Shown piece by piece: positions 40,413 to 52,288 of a stretch of DNA of 64,000 nucleotides (positions are counted from its first letter, which is position 1; every line of letters begins with the position of its first letter). The translations under genes and the position numbers were made by a program. Source of the stretch: Octopus sinensis (Eukaryota); the NCBI RefSeq assembly GCF_006345805.1, contig NC_042998.1:150660001-150724000 (forward strand), written 5' to 3'. A model generated the notes under the pieces. That model was not told where the DNA came from. It made no database searches and saw only the letters and a list, made by a program, of their open reading frames with translations.

Positions 40413-40686
40413 AGACAGAGAAACAGACACACCGGATGACAGTCTGACACAAAAAGACAGACATGGGCAGATTGATAAATAAATGTAGATATTTGCATGT
40501 TTATGCACGTGTGCATATGTGTGTGTGTATGTGTGTGTGTGTGTGTGCGTGCGTGTGTGTGTGTGTGTATGTAGTGTCTACATGTCCGTGCAGAGCTATA
40601 TAATATGTATACATGTATATATATATATACAACTTATATATATTTCTTCCATGGGTATAAGTATTTCATTTATTTCTTTGCCGCAT

Positions 40687-40745
40687 TTATCACTGACGAA
40701 GAGAAGGTTCTTATGAATTAACTCTGAAATCGGGTCCGATATGGT
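40687..40745 (+). ncRNA. Type I hammerhead-like motif
   Basis: UAUCA-CUGACGA-AGAG-(long loop)-CUCU-GAAAU-CG-GGUC-CGAUA: canonical core, 4-bp stem II, stem I with one mismatch. Confidence 0.5.
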
Positions 40746-40972
40746 AATAACGGAATTTTTAAGAAATTTCTATCGGCTTTCTTCGAGACGCGTGCTTATA
40801 GAGATGAATTATATGGTTATGGACGATGTGTCTAGTTTCGGCATATTTGATATTAGAAATTTTTTTCTTTTGCCCTTGTTTATAAGTTGTTTATAAATTT
40901 AACCTTTAAAGGTATTTTTTAATAAGCTGGCCATTGATAAAATTTCTTTAGAAAAATTTTATCCTATATTAG

Positions 40973-41042
<70 letters not shown>

Positions 41043-41089
41043 ATAGATATATATACATACATACATACATGCATACATACATACATACA

Positions 41090-41121
<32 letters not shown>

Positions 41122-41214
41122 ATAATAACATTAGGGAGTAAATCCAAACTTACAGGGAAAAATTAGATTTAGGATTAAATCAAATTTCACAGTATAAATA
41201 TAAATTAAATTAGA

Positions 41215-41665
41215 GATAAAACCACTATTAGGCTAATCAAAGAGTGAAAAACATAAACCAAAACATAAAAATAAATATAATTAATATAATATACAAAATA
41301 TATAAAATATAAAATTTAAAATTTAAATTATTTAAATTTAAAATTTTTAATTTATATTTATATATAATTTTTTATTTTTTTATTATTTTTTTTATTTTAA
41401 ATTTATAGGTTTTTTAACTTTTAATTTTTCAATTTTTTAATTAAAATTTTAAAAATTTATAAATTTAAAATTTAAAAAATATTAAGAAATATAAAAAATT
41501 ATATATAAATATAAATTAAAAATTCTAAATTTAAATTATTTAAATTTTAAACTTTATATTTTATATATTTTGTATATTATACTAATATTTATTTTTATGT
41601 TTTGGTTTATGTTTTTCACTGTTTGATTTGCCTAATAGTGGTTTTATCTCTAATTTAATTTATAT
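41215..41665. repeat. Inverted repeat, ~140-bp arms around a nearly pure AT spacer
   Basis: ttagagataaaaccactattaggc / gcctaatagtggttttatctctaa and flanking sequence. Confidence 0.9.
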
Positions 41666-41679
41666 ATATATATATATAT

Positions 41680-42230
41680 ATAAGGCCTTTTCGTTTGTTT
41701 TCTTGTTTATTTTTATTTCTCATATTGTATTTTCTTGTACATGTATTTTTATCGTGTATTTTATTTTTATCTTGTATTTTATTTTGTATTTTTATTTGTA
41801 TCGTTTTCAAGTCCTGTTTGTGTTACATTTTTTTCTTTCTCATTTTTTTTCTTTCTTGTTTTTAACCCTCTGCGAAGTAATTTTATTTTAATTCTCTCGC
41901 AGGAAGGACTAGTTTAACGAGTCGTGTTCTGTCTTACTTCGAAACACGCTAGAGTTGAACTAGAGACAGCTGATGAAGGGGATTTTTCCTTGTGTAGTTT
42001 GTCCTGTACTCTGTTTTTCTGTTGTAAAAAAATGGTTTGTTCCATGCTTGTTTTTCCGTTTTCGTTTTTCCGTTTTCGTTTCTCGTTGAGTTCTACGTCT
42101 AGTTGTGGTGTCCTGTACCCACGTATATATATTTATATATGCATGTATATATACATGTAGATGTAAGTACGTGCATATATGTTCGTATGTATGCATATAT
42201 TTTATTTATTACACTATATATATATATATA
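41680..42230 (+). mobile_element. Unclassified microsatellite-associated repeat (same family as 36250-36790)
   Basis: Shares the blocks listed for 36250. Confidence 0.6.
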
Positions 42231-42726
42231 TAAGCATATTATGAATTGCATGTTTTATGTATATCTATATGAAGCCACTGAATATGTGAAACTTTTAGTC
42301 AAACAATCAGCGTCAATTTGGAGTTTGGTTATTTAAACTGCAAAATAAAGGGTGCTAGGTAGGTGCAAGTGGACAAAATTCAAGAGTCAAAAGATTGAAA
42401 GACCCGAGGGTTGAACGATCATATTTATTTCTACAGGTGTTTGTTGAGTTAATGATTTATATTTTTTGTAAGAAGAACTATTTTATAGAACTTTTTATGT
42501 ACTAACTATATTTATTATACTATACCTCGAAACTGTGCGGACTGAGTTCCCTTTGTTAGACTACTGGCATAAAGAATTCTATCTAGTTAGTCTTACGCTT
42601 CTAAATTAGGGGAATGAGGTTTCGGTGTACTGGGTGGCACGGGCACCAGGTTCGACTGGCGTATGCAAACATTCATCTTTTTTCTGTCTTGTCTTTTCTA
42701 CATATGTGTATATGCGAATTATGCGA

Positions 42727-42762
<36 letters not shown>

Positions 42763-42980
42763 AACAGAGTTATTACTGAGGGATTATCAATCGGCTCACA
42801 ATACGTTATAAGCTTTCTATTAGTACTCCAGGCTAACGTTATTGTTCAGATTAGTAAAGAAAACCGCGTATTTAGTACAATAAAGAAAAATATATAATGA
42901 ATATTATTCATGCCTTGTGTTATATATATATATATACATACATACACACACACAGACACAGACACACACACACACACACA

Positions 42981-44518
42981 TATATATATAAAACTGAGAA
43001 TGTGTGTGTGTCTGTCTAAAACTTGAGAACTTACTTAGCGTCCATGTAGTTTGATGGGCAAAAAATGTTCAACTTCTTGCCTAGGGCGAGCCCATAGCAA
43101 TATCATATCTTCTCCACTATTTCAGTATTACGTGTTAAAAGTGAGACAAAAACATTTCTCTATTTTATGTCAGATACTTTCACTTTAACAATAAAAATTA
43201 GAGATAATAATAACAATTGAATTATATGTAGTAAGTAATAATTAAAATCAAACTAAAGTATAATATAATCGTAACATAACAAAAGTAAAAATAGCAATTG
43301 GTATAAAATTGCATCAATGACTTGAACTTGAATAAGTAATATCACATGAATGGGAATAAATAAAAAATAAAATTAGCGTGCAGAAATGGAATAGTCCAGA
43401 TGGAGGTCTGCACATACCGTTTACCACGGCTTTTACATTAGATTATCTGCTAATTAGCTAGCATTAAGTATCTATATGAAGTTTGGCTGTATGTAATGTC
43501 TGTTTTTTCGAACAGCCGCTTCTACTGAGTACTGCTGTTGGTTTATTTCTTATACACAAAGGACTATAGCTTCAACTGCGTACAGCTTTTTGATTTACCG
43601 TAAGGTTTGTTGTTATTATTATTACTGTTTAACTATTGTTATCACGTTTGTTGGTTCCTCGTAAGGGAAACGTTGTTGTGTTGCATTTGTTAAATAATTG
43701 TAAACTGTAACCCTCCCCCATTGGGAGAAGGAGCTTTGGTTATTGTTTAAAAATTGAATTGTGTCCCTGTTTGGGGAAATTAACAATATTTTCACCGTTT
43801 ACACGGAAGCATTTTTGTTACAATGCCTTCGATAGAAGAAAGTCCAAAATTGAATTTCGCTGCAGCCGTCGGCGGGCGCAAACTCATTAAAATTAAAATG
43901 GAAGAAATACAAACCTATTTCGGATTGATCACCGACAAAGACGTTGAATCTAGGATAACATCACCAAACGAAATAAAAAAATTAAATTAAAGAAAAGACT
44001 ATTGTCTATAAAGTATACAATGTAGAGAAGAAAAAATATTTGAACACCTGGAGGAAAGCAGTCTTGATGCGACTATGAAAGATATCTAACGAGAGGCGGT
44101 AAATTCGCCACAATAGAAGCAAGGTTCGAGTCAACGGAGCGTGCAAGGGAGTACTCGACTCGAACCTTGCAAAGTGGAAATATTTTATTTTTACCTTTAT
44201 ATCTGGGACGTAGGACGTCCCGGATAAAAAATAAAAATGTACCCCAGAATTAGAGGTAGGCTGGATTGTAGCCACACTTCTATACAAGAGGGAGGACAAG
44301 ATACAATTGATCGAAATTGCAAGAGACGGGCCAACAATTCCAGTCTGTTATATATTTTGAGTATTGTTATCACTAGCGATATTAAGATATAACTTTGTAT
44401 TTTGTATTTTATGTGTAGATGTATATATATAGATGTACATGTAATATGTACACATATATATACGCATACATATATGCACTAGCACTATGACCCGGCAACG
44501 AGGGGTCATAATGCTAGT
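42981..44518 (+). mobile_element. Possible non-autonomous Helitron-like element
   Basis: Starts tatatataaaactgagaatgtgtgtgtgtctgtct; ends with hairpin tatgaccc-ggcaacgag-gggtcata followed by atgCTAGt. Continuity of the interior is unproven. Confidence 0.4.
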
Positions 44519-44840
44519 ATATATATATGAGAACGCTCTCAGACTAACAGACATTTTTTGTCAAGAATATAGTTATATTCGCGAAACGGTAGTTTTCAGG
44601 ATTTTATACAAATTGAAACTATTTAGTCGTAATACGGAGTGCGTGGAATGGAATATACCGTGATACAAAATGTAGCCCAGACAGAAGAATAGATAAAATA
44701 TATTTTGGTGTATTTCCTTAATACTACAAACGTAGAACTATTTCAATAGAACTATTTCAAATTATTCGACGTCGGTTAAAATATTTTGCATTTTGTTAAA
44801 GTGTTTTGTTAAAACAAGTTTTTGTATAAGTCTTGTGCGA

Positions 44841-44879
<39 letters not shown>

Positions 44880-44882
44880 TGA

Positions 44883-44999
<117 letters not shown>

Positions 45000-45014
45000 A
45001 TATAATATATATAT

Positions 45015-45046
<32 letters not shown>

Positions 45047-45047
<1 letters not shown>

Positions 45048-45330
45048 CAATTGCAGCGTGGAAGGTGTTTGTAAGCCATTTAAGAAACACACAAAAGCCG
45101 TTCGATTCACTTCAACATTTAAGTTTAATTTGTCAAAATATTTTCGTCGCTAAAATCCGCGACCTGTTCACTGACAAAAATCCGTGCTGCATTTGATTTT
45201 TGTCAGTGAACAGGTCGCGGATTTTAGCGACGAAAATATTTTGACAAATTAAACTTAAATGTTGAAGTGAATCGAACGGCTTTTGTGTGTTTCTTAAATG
45301 GCTTACAAACACCTTCCACGCTGCAATTGT
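45047..45330. repeat. Perfect palindrome, 136-bp arms, 12-nt spacer
   Basis: Arms 45047-45182 and 45195-45330 read as exact reverse complements by eye; spacer cgtgctgcattt. Confidence 0.95.
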
Positions 45331-45383
45331 TTTCGTTTCAGCACACGTTCTCAGGTCAAATTACTTGCTATGCGAGTACATCT

Positions 45384-45417
<34 letters not shown>

Positions 45418-45554
45418 TACATGAATTGTTCTGCAAAGTTTTTGATAAACACAATAAATGAAATATTGTTAATTGCGAGTAAATTTTATTGACGTTTATG
45501 TGTAAAACTGTATTGGATAAAAGTTTTCTTATAGAATATTTCTTCATAGGTGAG

Positions 45555-45612
45555 ATTACTGCATCCTCATTATCATCATCCTCATCACCATCATCCTCAT
45601 CCTCATCATCAC

Positions 45613-45662
<50 letters not shown>

Positions 45663-45811
45663 CCACCACCACCACCATCATCATCATCGTCGTCGTCGTC
45701 GTCATCGTCCTTCTTCTTCTTCTTCTTCTTCTTCTGCTACTACTACTACTACTACTACTACTGCTTCTGCTACTGTTACTGCTACTGCTACTGTTACTGC
45801 TGCTGCTACTG

Positions 45812-45852
<41 letters not shown>

Positions 45853-45900
45853 TCTTCTTCTTCTTCTTCTCCTTCATCATCATCATCATCATAATTATCA
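45555..45900. repeat. Compound trinucleotide block (CAT, CAC, CGT, CTT, CTA, CTG)
   Basis: Direct reading; the poly-S and poly-H ORFs are artefacts. Confidence 0.9.
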
Positions 45901-46632
45901 ACCTCTGAGTATTACTATCATAAGTCCCAGGATTCATAGGGCCTGTTACTGTGTGTCTATGGACTATAAGTGACTTAGATGACAACATTCCTCCTGGACG
46001 AGACACCAGTCCGTTGCAAGTTTACTCATTTACACCTGAATGGTTAAACCTCTCTTTCATTAGTATTTTTTCAAAATGTAACATTCACTTTTGTTGTATT
46101 CTGAAGATTTCAGGATGCCTGAAGACGGCCGGGTACCCTTCTCAATGTCGGTCATTTACAGAATATGGTGGGTACTTTTTCGTAATACCGGCCCCGGTGA
46201 TGTCACAAAGTAACTCACAAAACAAACAAATGTCTCCACTCAGTTGGGGATCTTTCTTTTCTTTGTCTTACACTTTAAAAACTTTAAAAATTCGAAAGTC
46301 TGAAATCAATGGGTTTCGAAATTCTTTGTAGTCATAGAGACGATTATGAAGATTTAAAGGATTGACCCATTGGATTACTTCATTTCGAATTATTTTGATT
46401 GATAATCCCATCTTTCATGGAATGGAATGTTCCGCATTACCCACTCCTCTTTTCTCCCCCCCTCTCTCTCTCTATCCCTTTTCGTACTTTATACAACCTC
46501 ACATCACCCCCACTCACATCAACATCTCTCTCACTACAACATATCCTTCACCCACCACCCATTGCCCCTCTTTCAATAGCCATTCTTCCCACCACCATCT
46601 AACTCATTAAGTTAATATATTGCCAATATATT

Positions 46633-47035
46633 GCGAGCTGGCAGAATGCTTAGCAGTATTTCGTCTGCCGTTACGTTCTGAGTTCAAATTCCGCCGAGGT
46701 CGACTTTGCCTTTCATCCTTTCGAGGTCGATAAATTAAGTATCAGTTACGCACTGGGGTCGATGTAATCGACTTAATCCCTTTGTCTGTCCTTGTTTGTC
46801 CCCTCTATGTTCAGCCCCTTGTGGGCAATAAAGAAATAAGAAACGTTAGCACGCCAGGTGAATGCTTAGCTGTATTTCGTCTGTCTTTACGTTCTGAGTT
46901 CAAATTACGCCGAGGTCCACTTTGCCTTTCATCCTTTCGGGTTAGATAAATTAAGTACCAGTTGCATACTGGGGGTCGATCTAATCGACTGGCTCCCACC
47001 CCCAAAATTTCGTGTTTTGTGCCTAGAGTAGAAAA
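46633..47035 (+). mobile_element. SINE family B, two tandem units, young
   Basis: gcgagctggcagaa...ctgagttcaaattccgccgaggtcgactttgcctttcatcctttcg; second unit from ~46843. Confidence 0.9.
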
Positions 47036-47214
47036 GAATATATTACCAATATTTCTTTAACGCAATATTTCTGAGAAATCAAATGGTGAAACTACAGTTG
47101 AATAATAGTCTTGAATTTAACCAGCGTTATTTTATAAATACACCTATTTGGTGGGGGTGTACTTTATAAATCTATGTGTGTGTGTGTGTGTGTGTTGTGG
47201 TGTGTGTGGTGTGT

Positions 47215-47640
47215 GTGTGTACATATAGTTGCAAGACTTGGACACTCTCTGGAGCCCTTAGGAGCTGCCTGAACTCCTTTGGTTCCGGACTGCTTAAGAG
47301 AATTATGGGTTACCATTGGCTAGATCTTCTATTCAACCAACAACTATATTCAGAAACTGTGATGTATCCTGTTACATGTATGATTAAGGATCATCAGCTT
47401 AGACTGTTTGGTCATATTTTCAATTTTCTGAGTTAGATCCTGTGTACCTTGTTCCCTTCTCTGATGGGATGACAGCTTGTGTTGTCAACAACGTGGTCAC
47501 GGCCAATGAAAGTATGTTGCAGAAATAGGGATTGACTGAGACACTGCTCGGAGGGTTGCTCGGGACGACCTGAGCAAATGCTGACAAATGGTGGATGCAT
47601 AGATGGGTCGCAACGGTGCATGCGCCCACACGTGTCCTTA
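47215..47640 (+). mobile_element. RTE-type LINE 3' fragment
   Basis: YSCKTWTL...LKRIMGYHW..QLRLFGH fits the RTE LYG.E.W..RI.G..W..QLR..GH pattern. Confidence 0.7.
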
Positions 47641-48150
47641 CATAAGTACATGTATACTCAAATACATACATACACACAGAGGCACACATACAACAACTGA
47701 ACGATCCTTTGATGGTCGTTCTTAGTCATGGTGAAGCGTTTGCGTGCTCCAATAACTCTGAGAGAAATACTGTCAGTAGTCTAGTAAAGTTTTAAGAGCC
47801 AACCAAAGTGGCAAGGTGAGAGAAACCAAGACTGGATAACGACCACTTGAAGATCTAAATCGTAGAGCAAGTTGATGTGAATAACGTGAGAACTTGAAGA
47901 GGGCAACACCAGATGGGTTGGCAAAGAAGATGCCACATGAGATTAAAACCGAATTAAGGCCAGTTGCATTTTCACCACCGATATTGTTTCACTGTACTAC
48001 AGAGGATGGTCCTGATGCCAGAGTATACGGTGCACTCTGTAGCAAAGTTGACATCTACCGTAAACAAATCCACATCATATTTTTTCTTTTTGCTATTTCA
48101 TTCAACAAGTGGAGAGGCTTGACAAACAGGCGACGTCGACAACGAAACAT

Positions 48151-48196
<46 letters not shown>

Positions 48197-48524
48197 TCAT
48201 ATACACACACATACTCATACGCACACGCACTCATGTATACACACATGCACACACTCATACACACACTCATACTCACACACTCATATATACACACACTCAT
48301 ATACACACACATACACTTATACGCATGCACACACACACTCATACATACACACACTCATACACACACATTCACACATACACTCATGCACACACACCCATAC
48401 ACACACACTCATATACACACACTCGTACACACACATTCATACACATTCATACACACACACACACACATAAATAAACAAACAAACAACCGTAATACGCCAG
48501 CTCCAGTATTCGATACTCAGAAGA

Positions 48525-48910
48525 GGAAAGATTCGCTAAAAAGCCAAACTTGCTATCTACAAAGCTTCGATTCGGTTTTTGTGCCGATTCTCTTCTCTGG
48601 TGAGCAATGTTAGGTACTGACCAATAGAGTACAATCACGAATACAAGCAGCCAAAATGGTGTTCCTCCTAAGGCTCTCTGGAGTGATGTTCCTCGCCAGG
48701 GTGAATAACTCTGAGATCAGGTTGTTTCTCCAGGTTGAGCCGCAACATCACCACATTAAAAGATCGCACCTCCGGTATTACAAGCCAAAGCAACCGATAG
48801 GATGTCTGGGAGTAGAACAAGAAAGATATGGTTGGGTTATATACATAATTTCAGTTGTTCACGCTTGGGTATCCAGCAGAAAAGTCTAGAGGACCAAAAC
48901 CCCACGACCC
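48525..48910 (+). mobile_element. RTE (Expander/Rex3-like) 3' fragment
   Basis: KAKLAIY..FVPIL.SGEQ..VLT.R..SRIQAA.M.FL.R.SG.....V.NSEIR..L.VEP. Confidence 0.7.
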
Positions 48911-49019
48911 TCTCAGAAATAGTCGGTGGAGAAGACTGATTGATAGGTGGATGAAGAGATGGAGACAGAGATATATAAACAGACAGATAGACATGTAGAC
49001 AGACAGACAGGCAGGCAGA

Positions 49020-49059
49020 ACAGACAGATCAATAGATAGATAGATAGATAGATAGATAG

Positions 49060-49106
<47 letters not shown>

Positions 49107-49140
49107 GTAGGTAGGTAGGTAGGTAGGTAGGTAGGTAGAT

Positions 49141-49237
<97 letters not shown>

Positions 49238-49318
49238 TACACACACAGAGACAAGCAGACAGACAGTTAGACGGACGGAAGGACGGACGGATGAATGGAT
49301 GGATGAATAGATAGATAA

Positions 49319-49410
<92 letters not shown>
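49020..49410. repeat. (GATA)n/(GGTA)n/(GGAC)n tetranucleotide array
   Basis: Direct reading. Confidence 0.95.
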
Positions 49411-49412
<2 letters not shown>

Positions 49413-49749
49413 TGTTAAATAAGTGTCACGTTTTCCAGCGCATGTTCATGTATATATATCCACAACGATATTAGATTTGCGAAACATTATTTATCGTCTT
49501 TGTACATGTGTGTCGATGTGATTGCTTGTATAGATTTAGCACAATGTTTTCCTTGTTGGTTTCTCATTAACTCACACATACGTGCGCGCGCGCTCAAAGA
49601 CCTCGTGCTTAAGTGTTTTGTGCAATAAACTTCAACATCCAATAACAACACTGTTGGTTTTAAGTTTTACTTCACTTAACGTGACGTCACTATATTTTAA
49701 CCTCAACCTTTGCAATGGTATGGCCGCCATTAAAATTGGTGCGTTCTAG

Positions 49750-50043
49750 TAGTAGTGGCAGCAGCAATAACAGCGACAACAGCAATAACAACAACAACAG
49801 TAACAACAAGAGAAACTGTAACAGTAGTACAACTACAACACCAATAACAACACGATGCCAACAACAAAATAATTCTACCAACAACAACTATTACTACTTC
49901 TACAACTATTAATACTATAACTACTACCACTACCATCACCACCACACTACTACTACTACAACCACTACTTCTATTACAACAACCACCACCACGACTACAA
50001 CTACTACTACTACTACTAATAATAATAATAATAATAATAATAA

Positions 50044-50117
<74 letters not shown>

Positions 50118-50192
50118 AACACAACAGTAAGAACAACAATAATAATAATGATGATGATGATGATAATAACAACAACAGCAACAACAACAACC

Positions 50193-50223
<31 letters not shown>

Positions 50224-50356
50224 CAACAATAATATAATAATAATAATAATATAATAATAATAAGATAATAATAATGATAATAATAATATAATATAATAAT
50301 AATAATAATGATAATAATAATGATAATAATAATAATTAATAATAATAATAATAATA

Positions 50357-50397
<41 letters not shown>

Positions 50398-50410
50398 AGA
50401 TGATGATACT
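49750..50410. repeat. Long compound trinucleotide tract (AAC, ACT, AAT, AGT, GAT)
   Basis: Direct reading. Confidence 0.9.
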
Positions 50411-50763
50411 GTCATTACAGTAGCTGAAGCAACATTATTTAACAATTTTGGGAGGGAAGACGGAAATGGAATTTCTTCCGCTTTAAGTCGAAGGTAAGAT
50501 GAATGGTAACCGGAAGTTTAATTAATGCTCGTTGCCGTTCGTTTTATGAGGCCAATATCGGAACGTTTAGCAATGGAATGAGAGTAACACGTGACCTTTG
50601 GGAGTCAACCAATAGTGAAAGACTCCCGTTGTCTGGAAAAGGGAAAGTAGAAGGAGGGGAACAAGAAAACTAAAAGGTGAGAAAGGATAGGAGTGGGAAA
50701 GACAGAAGAGAAACGAGAAAGTGAGGAAAAAGACTTGTGAGGTCTGTTGAATAATAGTATGTA

Positions 50764-50860
<97 letters not shown>

Positions 50861-51300
50861 TATATATGTATATATGTATATATAAACAACGCATATGTAT
50901 ATGTACATGTGTGTATATATATATGTGTGTGTATATATGCACATATGAGGATGTTTGTGTCTGGGTATACAATCACTATATATATATATATATTATATAT
51001 ATATATATATATATCTATATATATATATGTATATATATATATATTATATATATATATATATATGCATATATACATACGTATATGTACATACATCTATACC
51101 TATATACATCTATATATATATATATATTATATATATATATATATATTATATATATATATATGCATATGGCCAGAGGACGTCATGAAACGTGTACAACAAA
51201 AAAGTACGAAGCACGAGTACATGGAACATGAACTATTCTTTCGAACAACGAAAGGCACAAACGGAAAACAAAACAAACATAAATAACATAAGTTGTTGGT

Positions 51301-51358
<58 letters not shown>

Positions 51359-51456
51359 TTAATAAGGGTGAGAGAATTAGATACTAATAGTGAGCAATAT
51401 AGTGACCACTCTCTTATATTTATTTTATATATATATTATATATATTTGTATGTATG

Positions 51457-51493
<37 letters not shown>

Positions 51494-51516
51494 CAACGAA
51501 CAACTTATATATATAT

Positions 51517-51560
51517 ATACGTTGACGATAGGCAAATACCTTGAAACCTGGGTCCGTATG
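51517..51560 (+). ncRNA. Hammerhead ribozyme motif 1 (predicted cleavage after GUC at 51554)
   Basis: Stem I AUACG/CGUAU (5' extension replaced by TA repeat), core UUGACGA, GAAA, GUC. Confidence 0.65.
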
Positions 51561-51856
51561 TGGCATCCGCTTCTTCGGGGAATGATCTCCCTTTGCAGGA
51601 TAGAGGACACCGTGATGGTGTCAGCCTATCTGGTGACGTTGATGATCTCCTGGGGCTAAATGCATCAGTAACACCCCCACCGCCCTGCCCTGTCCCTAGC
51701 CACATTCAAATGGTTAATGTCCCTTATGTGATGGAGCAGTTACTGTCTATATCTCGTTTAGAGAATTATTATTGCTGTCGAACAGATTTTCGAAATCAGT
51801 AAATGTATTTACGTGAAAATCTATATATAAATATACTGCACAGGAAGTTGTTCGTC

Positions 51857-51932
51857 GAGGAGCGGTGCCTGCCATACGTTGACGATAGGCAAATACCTTG
51901 AAACCTGGGTCCGTATGTGGCATCCGCTTCTT
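51857..51932 (+). ncRNA. Hammerhead ribozyme motif 2 with extended stem I (predicted cleavage after 51911)
   Basis: CAUACG/CGUAUG, internal loop, UGCC/GGCA, GAGGAGCGG/CCGCUUCUU; loop II CAAAUA. Confidence 0.75.
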
Positions 51933-52212
51933 CGGGGAATGATCTCCTTTGCAGGATAGAGGACACCGTGATGGTGTCAGCCTATCTGGTGACGTTGATG
52001 ATCGCCTGGGGCTAAATGCATCAGTAACACCCCCACCGCCCTGCCCTGTCCCTAGCTACATTCAAATGGCTAATGTCCCTTATGTGATGGAGCAGTTACT
52101 GTCTATATCTCGTTTAGAGAATTATTATTGCTGTCGAACAGATTTTCGAAATCAGTAAATGTATTTACGTGAAAATCTATATATAAATATCCTGCACAGG
52201 AAGTTGTTCGTC

Positions 52213-52288
52213 GAGGAGCGGTGCCTGCCATACGTTGACGATAGGCAAATACCTTGAAACTTGGGTCCGTATGTGGCATCCGCTTCTT
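52213..52288 (+). ncRNA. Hammerhead ribozyme motif 3 (predicted cleavage after 52267)
   Basis: As motif 2, but stem III is ACUUGGGU. Confidence 0.7.

Noticed and set aside
46110-46165. Hammerhead-like CTGAAGA...GTC
   Set aside because: GAAA is missing and the stems are poor.
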